A stretch of DNA of 48,539 bases, taken from assembly GCA_031262525.1 (NCBI GenBank), contig JAISHM010000013.1, positions 1 through 48,539 of the forward strand. Reading direction: 5' to 3'. The stretch comes from Rickettsiales bacterium. Lineage in GTDB: Bacteria; Pseudomonadota; Alphaproteobacteria; Rs-D84. Under the pieces are notes generated by a model that saw only the letters and a program-made list of their open reading frames with translations, had not been told where the DNA came from and ran no database searches. Every line of letters starts with the position of its first letter. Positions within the stretch are counted from its first letter, which is position 1. The translations under genes and the position numbers were made by a program. Of this stretch, positions 35,590 through 44,450 are shown piece after piece.

Positions 35590-36812
35590 TATAAATTTTC
35601 CTCATTTATTTTTGCAATCGGCGCGACATAGCGCAGGGTTATATCCCCATGCAAAGATACATTTTCTATCAAGCCACGACGGGACAAGATATTTAATCCG
35701 CGCTCGCACAATGGGCGTATAAACTCATTCATCAGGCGACCGTATGTCGCGCCCAGCACACGCATCATATCCGCATTGCGCGCCAAAATTTCGGTCGCGG
35801 TCATCTCTTTGTCAGAAATCATTTGCAACCTATCCGCCATCAGGGTATGTAAAATTCGCGTCCGCAAATCCGATAAAACAATTTGCGAAACATCAAAATC
35901 CGCCCCTGATTTCAATGGGGTCAGTCCCGATGAACCAACTGCCTTTGGAATAATCGCGCCCGGGGTTAAATTTATATTTGATAAATTTATTACTCCGTCG
36001 TCGTCGGCCTGCCAGATTCCGCTGACCGAAATTGTCGCGTTTTTCAGAACCAGTTCTACAACCTTATTCGCGGTTTTAATATCGGGTAAGGCCCGCAGAA
36101 CTGGACTGCGCCCATACATTTCGCCACTGGCCACCGACCAACGGAAAATAATATAAGGATTCGTTTCAAAGATACCATTTGCAACAATGTTATTTTCAAT
36201 ATCGCCGCCGCAATCTATCCATGCAACAAAATCATTTCCAATCAAGGATTGCACCAAATGCAACGGGGTAAATGGGTTGTCTTTTAACGACGCGCGTATA
36301 TTCGCGGGCGGCGTCCATATTGGATACTTTTCCATAATTTCAATCGCCGGCATAACAGATGTATGAAAAATAGCGCCGTTTGTAATTGCGATATCACGCA
36401 TTGGAATCGCGGTAAAAGAAAAGGCGCTGTCCGCGCCAATTGGATTTTCCGACATAAATAAACACGCCGTCCCCAAAACCACCAAATCCAGATAACACTG
36501 ATGAATCGCGGTGTAAAAATCCGAATTATTCAGATGTGCGCGCAGTGCAAGCGTCGCCAACGCGGCAGTGTCTGCGGGCAATAATGGATTTTCAGGCTCC
36601 AAATTTATCCACGCGGATTCTGGTGGGGTCAGCAAAGAATACATTGACGCCGCCAGATTTTCCGCCGCGTCCCCCGCGGTTGAATCAAATAAATTTGCGC
36701 AGTCGTCATCCGCCGTGGGCAGGGTAAATTTCTGACACGCGTCCCAACGCGATTCCCAAACCGCGCGCGCATCCAATGCTTTTTTATAAAGTTGTAAAAG
36801 ATTTTTATTCAT
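35589..36812 (-). CDS. phage head-to-tail connector (portal) protein, podovirus type
   Basis: 407 aa. LYKKALDARAVWESRWDACQKFTLP...LFDSTAGDAAENLAASMYSLLTPPESAW fits the Head-tail_con pattern. Confidence 0.65.
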   Translation of the reverse strand: MNKNLLQLYKKALDARAVWESRWDACQKFTLPTADDDCANLFDSTAGDAAENLAASMYSLLTPPESAWINLEPENPLLPADTAALATLALRAHLNNSDFYTAIHQCYLDLVVLGTACLFMSENPIGADSAFSFTAIPMRDIAITNGAIFHTSVMPAIEIMEKYPIWTPPANIRASLKDNPFTPLHLVQSLIGNDFVAWIDCGGDIENNIVANGIFETNPYIIFRWSVASGEMYGRSPVLRALPDIKTANKVVELVLKNATISVSGIWQADDDGVINLSNINLTPGAIIPKAVGSSGLTPLKSGADFDVSQIVLSDLRTRILHTLMADRLQMISDKEMTATEILARNADMMRVLGATYGRLMNEFIRPLCERGLNILSRRGLIENVSLHGDITLRYVAPIAKINEENL

Positions 36813-36841
36813 ACTTTTTCCTTTTTGTTTGTGATTTTTTG

Positions 36842-37672
36842 TTAAACATTAAATTCTGTCTTTGCCTGGACGGGGCGAAAAAATTGACCAGTGGCACGCA
36901 ATGCCGTCGGCGCACACCGCAACGCGCCTGCAACCGCATCCAATCCATCATCATGCCCACCCACCGACATTGGTGACCAACCCAGCATTTCCGACAACAA
37001 TGGCGTTCCGCGAACCCGCTCGTGCACCCACAATCGTCCCGTGGTCAGCAATGGTTCAATCGCGTCCAGAATTCGCGCCTCTTTACGCGTATGATTTACA
37101 ACGCGGTTTATCACAACCCCCTGCCCCAGTTTAGTCGCCGTATCGCGCATAATTTCTGGCAAAGCGTTTCCCATACCATTGACCTCTATCCCAATCACCC
37201 GCGCACCATGCACCCGCATAAAGTCCAAAACATTTTCGCACTGGGTCGCCAATGGATGTGCATCATTTTCATCAACCGATAAATATCGCACATCGTGAAT
37301 AAATGCACGCCTGTTTTTATTATCAGTGTAAAGCATTACGCAAACGCTGTTGTCATTACCATATCGCCCAGATGATGGGTCCCAATAACAGGCATAGCCA
37401 GTTATAATCCCCACTCCGTCCAATTTCGCAGTGCGCGCATCAAATTCACCATCGTAAAAAATAAGCGCCCCTGGGTCCAGGCGCGCCCGTTCTGACGCAA
37501 TATAATCCAGCATCATTTGTGATGAAAAGTGTCGCGCGCCAACGCTGTCCCGCAACGCGTCTATTTTTTCCAACGGAAAGACCGCGGGCCACGCCGATTC
37601 TCCCACCGAATTTATAATTGGCAGACGAAACAAGGCATAGCCTCGCAAAAATGATTCAGCTGATTCGTTCAT
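36842..37672 (-). pseudogene. terminase large subunit, C-terminal nuclease domain only (5'-truncated)
   Basis: 276 aa with RNase-H-like nuclease motifs (YACYWDPSSGRYGNDNSVCVML ... KEARILDAIEPLLTTGRLWV ... GGHDDGLDAVAGAL). No Walker A/B ATPase part is present. dnaB begins 97 bp upstream. Confidence 0.65.
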
Positions 37673-37768
37673 AATTTACAATTTAGAATATTGGAATTAA
37701 AAAATGCGCCACACGGCGCCCTTATTTTTTGTTGAAACTATTATATCAAATTTTGCAGAAAAAGTCAA

Positions 37769-39316
37769 TCAGAAATTATCTGGGATTTCAGAAACATCAG
37801 GCGCAGCGCCACGCATAACCGCCGGGTTTTCCCCATAATCCATATCATCATCCATTGCGAACCCGTCCAAATCTTCGAACAAGGAATAATCCCCGCTGAA
37901 TTTCGTCCGTATTGTGTCAGGTTTTCCATGACGATTTTTACCAATAATTAAATCCGCCTTGCCACGCGCAGCCTCTAACCTTTTGCGCCAATTTTCCGCC
38001 TTGTTAGTTGTGAATTGTTCGCTATGGTCGCCAGTATTTTCCGATGGGTCACGTCCTTGCAAATAATACTCTTCCCGATAGGTAAACATAACAATGTCCG
38101 CGTCCTGTTCAATAGAACCCGACTCGCGAAGGTCCGATAACAACGGACGCTTATCATCGCGCATTTCCACAGCGCGCGAAAGTTGCGACAATGCGATTAC
38201 CGGCGCATCCAACTCTTTCGCCAACATTTTCAGTCCCCGTGTGATTTCAGATATTTCATTCACACGGTTATCGTTTTTACGCAACGAACTCGACTGCATC
38301 AGTTGTAAATAGTCAATTACTATCAGTGCAATCCCACCATATTTGCGCGCAATTCGCCGCGCGCGCGCGCGCATTCCCGCAACACCAATCCCAGGCGTAT
38401 CGTCAATCAGTAATGGAACACTGGACAACGCGTCGCTGTATTGAGATAACCGCAAAAATTCTTGGTCATTTAATGACCCATTGCGCATAGAACCCGCCGG
38501 AATTTTTGCCTGGGACGACAACACGCGCGCCGCCAACTGGGACGCAGACATTTCCAGCGAGAAAAACACCACAGCGCCCGTAAATTTTTTATTCGCACGT
38601 CCCGACAAAATCGCATTCGCCGCATTAAACGCGATATTCAACGCAACGGTTGTCTTTCCCATTGCCGGTCGTCCCGCAATAATTACCAAATCCGATTTAT
38701 GCAATCCACTGATAGACTTATCCAAATCACGCAATCCCGTGGTCAAACCCGATAATTTTCCATCAGCCTTATACGCGATTTCCGCCTCTTCCAGCGCGGT
38801 CCGCAACGCAGCGTCCAACGATGTTGCACCGCGTTCCACGTTCCCCGTCGCCGACAGGTCAAATAATTTCTGTTCTGCTGCCTCTATCTGTTTATCGGCT
38901 GGGTTATCCATATCTTCTATAAATGCGCCATCAACTATATCCTGACCGACGCTAATCAGTTGCCGACGCAATGCATTGTCATAAACAATCTTTGCATAAC
39001 TTTCTACATTATAAACAGATGTGCCCGCCGCCGCCAATTCAGATAAATACTCGGTCCCGCCAACCGATTCCAACACACCCTGTTGTTCCAGATAATTTTT
39101 CGCAGTAATTACATCAAACGGGATACCCGCCGCAAATTGTTTTTCCGCCAAACGAAAAATTTCCGTATGCGCAGGATGTGAAAAATGCGACGCAGATAAA
39201 AAGTCAGAAACTTTTTCCAGCGCGCGATTATTCATCAAAACCGCCGCCAGAACGGCCTGTTCGGCCTCTAAATTAGTTGGTAAAGTTTTTTGATTAAATT
39301 CCATTGCGATAAACAT
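37769..39316 (-). CDS. dnaB: replicative DNA helicase DnaB
   Basis: NLEAEQAVLAAVL, Walker A GRPAMGKTT, and IVIDYLQLM. There is an insertion before GKNRHG and an acidic C-terminal extension. An alternative ATG lies at 39304. Confidence 0.92.
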   Translation of the reverse strand: MFIAMEFNQKTLPTNLEAEQAVLAAVLMNNRALEKVSDFLSASHFSHPAHTEIFRLAEKQFAAGIPFDVITAKNYLEQQGVLESVGGTEYLSELAAAGTSVYNVESYAKIVYDNALRRQLISVGQDIVDGAFIEDMDNPADKQIEAAEQKLFDLSATGNVERGATSLDAALRTALEEAEIAYKADGKLSGLTTGLRDLDKSISGLHKSDLVIIAGRPAMGKTTVALNIAFNAANAILSGRANKKFTGAVVFFSLEMSASQLAARVLSSQAKIPAGSMRNGSLNDQEFLRLSQYSDALSSVPLLIDDTPGIGVAGMRARARRIARKYGGIALIVIDYLQLMQSSSLRKNDNRVNEISEITRGLKMLAKELDAPVIALSQLSRAVEMRDDKRPLLSDLRESGSIEQDADIVMFTYREEYYLQGRDPSENTGDHSEQFTTNKAENWRKRLEAARGKADLIIGKNRHGKPDTIRTKFSGDYSLFEDLDGFAMDDDMDYGENPAVMRGAAPDVSEIPDNF

Positions 39317-39417
39317 ACAACAAGAATTTTATTTTTCAATCTTTTTTTCTTGCAATTGTCATAAAAAATGACTACCCTTTTTGTCAAGCGAACCAAAATA
39401 AATAAAGAGGTTATAAA

Positions 39418-40434
39418 ATGGCATGGGAAGAAATCTGTTTTCCAAATAATTTACGAAATTTGCGTCTGTCGCGTGGAATAAAAATGACCGAGGTTGCAAA
39501 GAAAACCGGTGTATCCCTGTCCGCAATGAGCAAAGTTGAAAAAGGTGTCCGCAGATTAAAACAAAATCAAATTCTGAAAGTGTGTGATATCTTGCAATGT
39601 AAATTATCAGATATATTTATCAAGGATACAGACGACAAGGCCGAAGAATGGAATGCCGAAATTCGCCGTCGCCTTACCGAAAACGAAGGCTCGGGGCTAA
39701 AAATTTTTGGCGCTGGGATTCACGCGCTGCGTCGCGCAATAAAAAAGACTATTGCGAATGCGGCACACGATGCAAATATGACTTTGTCTGTGTATCATAA
39801 AATTGAAACCGGTCAGCGCGAGATATTTGAAAATGAATTGGAACCATTGGCGCGTGCGTTGGGTCACAGCGTGGAAAGTATGTTCCAAACAATTGCTGAT
39901 TTATATAACGCTGGGAAACTGGATAAACAAATTGACCGGTCTGTATCGCGCGTACGTAATGCGTTGCGTGCAGATATTGTTGAAAAAGGCGCGGATATTG
40001 CTGGAAAACTTTACGGCGCTGATGTTTATGCGGCGGTGCGTAAAAATATGGTCCCTGTTTATGGGCACACATCGGGTAAGCATATCAACTTTATAAAGTC
40101 CGACGAGAAAATGTTACAAATAAAAAATCCAAAAGAATCGGGCGATGTTTATGCTGTCCCGGCGCCAGTGGGTCGTTTGGGGCAGTTTATGCCGAAAAAC
40201 GCGTATCTGTTTGCAGACGCTTCACAGATACCGGTGGCGGGCGATTTGGCGGTATTACTAGATGCCGATTACGCAACGATAAAACCAGATTCATTGAACA
40301 AGGCCCAGGTGGTAATGCTGGATACAGACCAAAATGGGAACTTAGTCGGGCGTATGGCGGATCCGGATGAAACAATCACAATAAAAAATCCGCGTGGTAA
40401 ATTACACAAAATTATTCAGATTGTCATAGATTAA
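39418..40434 (+). CDS. XRE-family regulator with two HTH domains and an S24/LexA-like C-terminal domain lacking the catalytic Ser
   Basis: HTH1 is LRNLRLSRGIKMTEVAKKTGVSLSAMSKVEKG. HTH2 is ALRRAIKKTIANAAHDANMTLSVYHKIETG. The C-terminal GQFMPKN...AGDLAVLLD stands in place of GDSM.P...GD.v.vd. Confidence 0.6.
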   Translation: MAWEEICFPNNLRNLRLSRGIKMTEVAKKTGVSLSAMSKVEKGVRRLKQNQILKVCDILQCKLSDIFIKDTDDKAEEWNAEIRRRLTENEGSGLKIFGAGIHALRRAIKKTIANAAHDANMTLSVYHKIETGQREIFENELEPLARALGHSVESMFQTIADLYNAGKLDKQIDRSVSRVRNALRADIVEKGADIAGKLYGADVYAAVRKNMVPVYGHTSGKHINFIKSDEKMLQIKNPKESGDVYAVPAPVGRLGQFMPKNAYLFADASQIPVAGDLAVLLDADYATIKPDSLNKAQVVMLDTDQNGNLVGRMADPDETITIKNPRGKLHKIIQIVID

Positions 40435-40445
40435 AAAGGGACAAA

Positions 40446-41099
40446 GTGAGAGAGAATAAACCTATTACAGAAAAAACATCTATTACGGCGCAACGATTGT
40501 TGAACCTGTATCGCCAGGCGCATACAATTGACGGCGGTTGGGCGGTTGTGAATAATATATTTGTTCGCGATGCGAATGCGGGGGTTATTGCTGAACTGAT
40601 TAAACTGCCTAATGGTAATAAGTTATCAGAACACATTAAAAATTTACGCGATGGGAAAACCCCAATGAATGGGATAGAGCGTGAGTTGATGCCATACGGA
40701 GGTATGATGGATTTACGCCTGCGCGTGGAACAAATTTCTGATTCGGATTTACAAACTTTGTCAGAAGCATTGTCGGAATTTCAATCTGACCCAGAACATA
40801 TAAACCAAATTCGCGCATTACCTTTTGTCCAATCGTTTGGGGACAAATGGATTGTAGGGGTCCGTGCTGCATTGACTGGTCGCGATGATTTATTGGAACA
40901 ATGGAATCATGTTGCAACTGCGGCGCGCGCGTATGAGTTATGGAATCACGCGTATGCGATAATGACACCACCTATTTCAGAGCGGGCGCGCGCCCAGATA
41001 CAGGCCGAATTATCAGAGTTTGAAACTTATCTACCGATGTTTGGTGAAGACGGGGAAAAACTACTGGTAAAATTACGCACATTTATCAGCAGTATGTAA
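40446..41099 (+). CDS. hypothetical protein (GTG start)
   Basis: 217-aa ORF starting 11 nt after the regulator gene. No motif recognised. Confidence 0.45.
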   Translation: MRENKPITEKTSITAQRLLNLYRQAHTIDGGWAVVNNIFVRDANAGVIAELIKLPNGNKLSEHIKNLRDGKTPMNGIERELMPYGGMMDLRLRVEQISDSDLQTLSEALSEFQSDPEHINQIRALPFVQSFGDKWIVGVRAALTGRDDLLEQWNHVATAARAYELWNHAYAIMTPPISERARAQIQAELSEFETYLPMFGEDGEKLLVKLRTFISSM

Positions 41100-41285
41100 A
41101 GCGAAAAATAAATGATAACGACTCTTTAATTCCGCGCGTAAAAAACATTATCCACCACAATCCATCCACGCCGATTCCGATTTCTCCAAAATCTACGCTC
41201 AACCGATTGAATCTGTCGAGCTATCCACCTGAGCTGAGATTACGATTTTTACGGATTGAATTTCCAAACTTATATGTGTAATAAT

Positions 41286-41705
41286 ATGAGTATGAAACAA
41301 GCCATTATTGTTTTATTGTTTTTACTTTCAACAAATTGTTATGCAAGTAATGATTGCAGTATTTATGCATACTTGCAGAACTTTTCAGAAAATATCGCAA
41401 CCATTCAAACTAAACGATACATTATTCGTATAGATGAAATGCAAAATGGCGATTTACGATATGTGTCTTGGAAAAATAAAACCATAACAGATGAACCAGA
41501 TTTAATTTTATACGATGGCGTATATGAACATGAGGGGAGTTGGCCCAATGTTTCGTATACTTTCCGTAAAGATGATTATACATATAAGATATATAGAAAT
41601 GGGGTGCAGGACGAATTTGACAATCCTTATAAATATAATTTAATAATTTATCGAGGAACACATAGAATAATGAATTATGGCGGCAATGATTATAAATGTA
41701 ATTAG
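41286..41705 (+). CDS. small secreted protein
   Basis: Signal peptide MSMKQAIIVLLFLLSTNCYA. AT-rich. The 3' end overlaps the convergent lysozyme-fusion gene by 4 nt. Confidence 0.5.
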   Translation: MSMKQAIIVLLFLLSTNCYASNDCSIYAYLQNFSENIATIQTKRYIIRIDEMQNGDLRYVSWKNKTITDEPDLILYDGVYEHEGSWPNVSYTFRKDDYTYKIYRNGVQDEFDNPYKYNLIIYRGTHRIMNYGGNDYKCN

Positions 41706-42772
41706 TTCCTATCATTAAATAGATTCCATTCAGCATCTCTGCGATTATTCAATCCTCTAGATACAGAGCCACCAGATTTATTCCATGCTTTCCAAGCAGA
41801 TTCTATTGTAGGATATTTAGTGCTAGAAAAATTTGAGTCATTTAAATATTGTAAAAGAGTTGAATTTTCAAAAGCATTTGGACCAATATTATATGCCAAC
41901 GCAACAAGAGCATCAAATTGAGACTGGGTAAGTTCCGCTTTTACATCAGATTTTACAATATTCTCAAATCTCGCGACATCTTGTGCTAATAATCTTTCCG
42001 CATGCTTTTCAGTAATACCATTACTAAACTTTTCACCAGGTTTTAATAAATGTCCATACCCAATGGTTGCTCCCTTTGGTAAATTATTTTTATCACTGAC
42101 AGGTTTTCCAGTTTTATCATCATAAATCACATGTTTGCCATTTTCTGTAACTTTGCCTTCTTTCTGTTTTAGAAAGTTCAATCCTTTTTTACTTATATGA
42201 TGTGGTTTGTCTTTTGTATTTTCATCTTCATCATAAGGTTCTGTCCAACATCTACAATTTGGATGTGGTAAATCTGGTATTTCGTCCTCTGTAAAAATCT
42301 GTCCTGCTAAATCTGCACATTCATCACAGGCATCGTCTTCGGCACACCATATATATTTTGAATGGTATTCGTCATTAAATTCATCAGTTTCCGGTGCTTC
42401 CCAAGAATAAATATCTATATTTTCGGTTCTTATATTTCCATTTTCATCTATAACTTTGATTATTTCTGTGTCAATTTCTGGCTCTGTATTTATTATAACG
42501 CCATCGGGCAAATCTTCATTAACTTCATCAAGCCATTCATCGATAGCATCCATTACCTCATCATTATTATCTTCAATCTCATCACAAATTTTTCTAAAAG
42601 TTGCTTCATCTACAACATCTGAATCAATAGTTTTTCCAGATGCGTCATACTGAGCCGCACCATGATATCTAGCATTAAAATAATTCCCAACTTGTTTTGA
42701 TGTAAAAGAATCTTTAATCGCATATCCAGCAGATTTCATCAATTTCTCAATACCTTTTAATAATTTAGCCAT
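41702..42772 (-). CDS. fusion protein: phage MuF/SPP1-gp7-like minor head domain + GH24 lysozyme
   Basis: PDLPHPNCRCWTEPY is the MuF-like HpnCRC motif. The C-terminal half LKQKEGKV...DDKTGKPV...ATIGYGHLL...SQFDALVALAYNIG is a T4/lambda-type lysozyme pattern. The ATG at 42772 has an AAAGGA RBS. Confidence 0.7.
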   Translation of the reverse strand: MAKLLKGIEKLMKSAGYAIKDSFTSKQVGNYFNARYHGAAQYDASGKTIDSDVVDEATFRKICDEIEDNNDEVMDAIDEWLDEVNEDLPDGVIINTEPEIDTEIIKVIDENGNIRTENIDIYSWEAPETDEFNDEYHSKYIWCAEDDACDECADLAGQIFTEDEIPDLPHPNCRCWTEPYDEDENTKDKPHHISKKGLNFLKQKEGKVTENGKHVIYDDKTGKPVSDKNNLPKGATIGYGHLLKPGEKFSNGITEKHAERLLAQDVARFENIVKSDVKAELTQSQFDALVALAYNIGPNAFENSTLLQYLNDSNFSSTKYPTIESAWKAWNKSGGSVSRGLNNRRDAEWNLFNDRN

Positions 42773-42907
42773 AATTTTTCCTTTGGTTTTGATAAATAAA
42801 AAAGCCGTGCGAAATGCACAGCGGTTATAAAAAAAACGGCGGATAAAATCCACCTTGTTTAATAAAATTATTATATCAGAAAATATGTTAAAAATCAATA
42901 AGAATCT

Positions 42908-42983
42908 TGGCGTGCCCGACAGAACTCGAACCTATAATCTATACTTTAGAAGAGTATTGCCATATCCGTTAGGCCACGGGCAC
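42908..42983 (-). tRNA. tRNA-Arg (anticodon UCU)
   Basis: 76-nt cloverleaf on the minus strand. Acceptor GTGCCCG/CGGGCAC, anticodon arm ATACT-CTTCTAA-AGTAT, T loop TTCGAGT, encoded CCA. Confidence 0.85.
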
Positions 42984-43140
42984 ATTAAAAACTTTTTTCA
43001 AAATTGAATGCCGATAAAAAACTCCGATGCGCGCAACTTTTCTATATAGCAGGCGATGTAGCACATATGTAGCAATAGAACCCCAACAGCGCCCAACTTC
43101 TCGTGCCACACCCCAACTCTATCCTGCCTTTCAACGTTTT

Positions 43141-44010
43141 TTATATTGGTTGTTCAATTCCTTGATTGAAATCTTTTTGTATATTATCCATTTCCCAAGT
43201 TTTGTTTATTTTAGTATTTATAGAATTAAATATTTTTATATGAAATTTCCGCTCTTTATATATTTTACGACTTGTATTAAAAATAAGAGCAAAATATCTT
43301 GAAACGAATAATAATTCTAAATCTACCATATTTTTTACATCTTTTGGATTTGCAGGTTTGTGTCGTTTTAACGCCTGAATTACAGATTGATTTGGTGTAG
43401 CAAATTGAAGCGATACATTAGAGTGATTATTACGTGCTATTGTTCCTATAAAATATTTTATTTTATTAAATGGTTTTTTGTGGCTAGCTAACAAATCAAC
43501 ATCTCTAATTATATATGTCAAAATACGTGCATACTTTTTATCTTCTTTTGATAATGTAGTATAAGATTTATCAAGGTTTAATTCTTGGTCAACAAGTTCC
43601 TTCTCGGTTTTTATATAATTTTGTACAATAATGGGATCATCAGAGCTATGGTGTAGAATAGGAATTGTTATAAGCGGATTTATAATTCCGACATTATGCA
43701 ATATCTTAACACTCGTTACACCGTGTGGTATTTTATTTAACTCTGTTCCTGTTTCTATGAAACGACCAATGTCATGATATAAAAATATGATCTTTCCTAA
43801 TTCTAATAATTTGTCTTTATTTAAATATTCTAATTCTGAATCACTAGAATTTTTTATTATTTTTATACCATATTTCTTAGCGCGAAGACAATGCCATTTA
43901 TTATATTTATAACCCCTGATAAGTTTGTGCTTATCTGCAAATTTGAAAGCATGTATAATTGCCTTATGATAAATACGAAAAAAATTCCAAAGCGCTATGT
44001 AATTTTTCAT
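43141..44010 (-). CDS. HD-domain phosphohydrolase
   Basis: 289 aa with H...LYHDIGRF (the HD dyad), IPHGVTS, ILHHSSD and IIRDVD. Confidence 0.75.
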   Translation of the reverse strand: MKNYIALWNFFRIYHKAIIHAFKFADKHKLIRGYKYNKWHCLRAKKYGIKIIKNSSDSELEYLNKDKLLELGKIIFLYHDIGRFIETGTELNKIPHGVTSVKILHNVGIINPLITIPILHHSSDDPIIVQNYIKTEKELVDQELNLDKSYTTLSKEDKKYARILTYIIRDVDLLASHKKPFNKIKYFIGTIARNNHSNVSLQFATPNQSVIQALKRHKPANPKDVKNMVDLELLFVSRYFALIFNTSRKIYKERKFHIKIFNSINTKINKTWEMDNIQKDFNQGIEQPI

Positions 44011-44351
44011 TGATTATTACGTATAATAATATGGTTAAACCATTTCTCTTGAAAAGAGATTTGTTTTTCTATGGTATCATTGTCAATACTTACGCCATCT
44101 GGCACAACAATAAGTTTGTCATCGTTATCATTTGTTCGATGAATTACAGCAATACAACGTCCTGTAAATTCATTAAGCGGAACTCTCACTCCAAGAACAT
44201 ATACATCAAGTTCTTCACCATCACCAGATATGGTATTTGGAATAAAACCGTAATTGGTTTCATATATATAACCCCATTTAGGATGTTTTGTACCAAGCGG
44301 TCTATCCATTTTTACTTTTACGATTTTTCCTATATAATTTTCTGTTATCAT
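44007..44351 (-). CDS. inorganic pyrophosphatase-family (family I-like) small protein
   Basis: VKMDRPLGTKHPKWGYIYETNYGFIPNTISGDGEELDVYVLG is a near match to the D-x-D-P-x-D-V PPase signature (DGEELDV). The ATG at 44351 has a GGAG RBS. The stop overlaps the HD gene start. Confidence 0.65.
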   Translation of the reverse strand: MITENYIGKIVKVKMDRPLGTKHPKWGYIYETNYGFIPNTISGDGEELDVYVLGVRVPLNEFTGRCIAVIHRTNDNDDKLIVVPDGVSIDNDTIEKQISFQEKWFNHIIIRNNQ

Positions 44352-44413
44352 CTTTATAACTCCAACATGATTATTATAACATATTGTATAGTGTTTGTTG
44401 TAAACAAAATTTA

Positions 44414-44441
44414 TTGACATATAAAAAATTGGTGTTATTAT
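44414..44441 (+). promoter_or_regulatory. promoter of the radical SAM operon (extended -10, apparently leaderless)
   Basis: TTGACA (44414-44419), a 16-nt spacer ending in TGT, then TATTAT (44436-44441). The ATG at 44451 lies 9 nt downstream and no SD is visible. Confidence 0.5.
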
Positions 44442-44450
44442 ATTTCCGAT

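Larger units (their letters stand above)
34312..37672 (-). mobile_element. degraded podovirus-like prophage remnant
   Basis: Terminase nuclease-domain fragment, head-tail connector (portal), Bbp19-like protein, small membrane protein and amidoligase, all co-oriented. There are no capsid, tail or integrase genes. Confidence 0.65.

Noticed and set aside
34312-37672. Intact prophage or gene transfer agent
   Set aside because: The terminase lacks its ATPase half. There are no capsid, protease, tail, lysis or integrase genes contiguous with the portal. The segment is only 3.4 kb.
41150-41250. Functional tRNA (anticodon-like UCA loop, so possibly tRNA-Sec or a suppressor) or a piece of a two-piece alphaproteobacterial tmRNA
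   Set aside because: No T arm (GGTTCGA-type), no complementary acceptor 3' strand, no G3:U70 and no tag reading frame ending in ..LAA could be found on either strand. Only the D-arm and a mismatched anticodon-like arm are present.
42797-42824. Terminator hairpin downstream of tRNA-Arg (minus strand CCGCTGTGC-ATTTC-GCACGGC + T6)
   Set aside because: The stem needs a bulge and sits only about 20 nt from the RBS of the lysozyme-fusion gene. It is plausible but too weak to list as a feature.
43959-44417. 152-aa plus-strand ORF, and the 91-aa ORF at 43027-43302
   Set aside because: They overlap the HD and pyrophosphatase-like genes on the opposite strand. The sequences are AT-driven Ile/Phe/Tyr/Asn-rich with no recognisable features.
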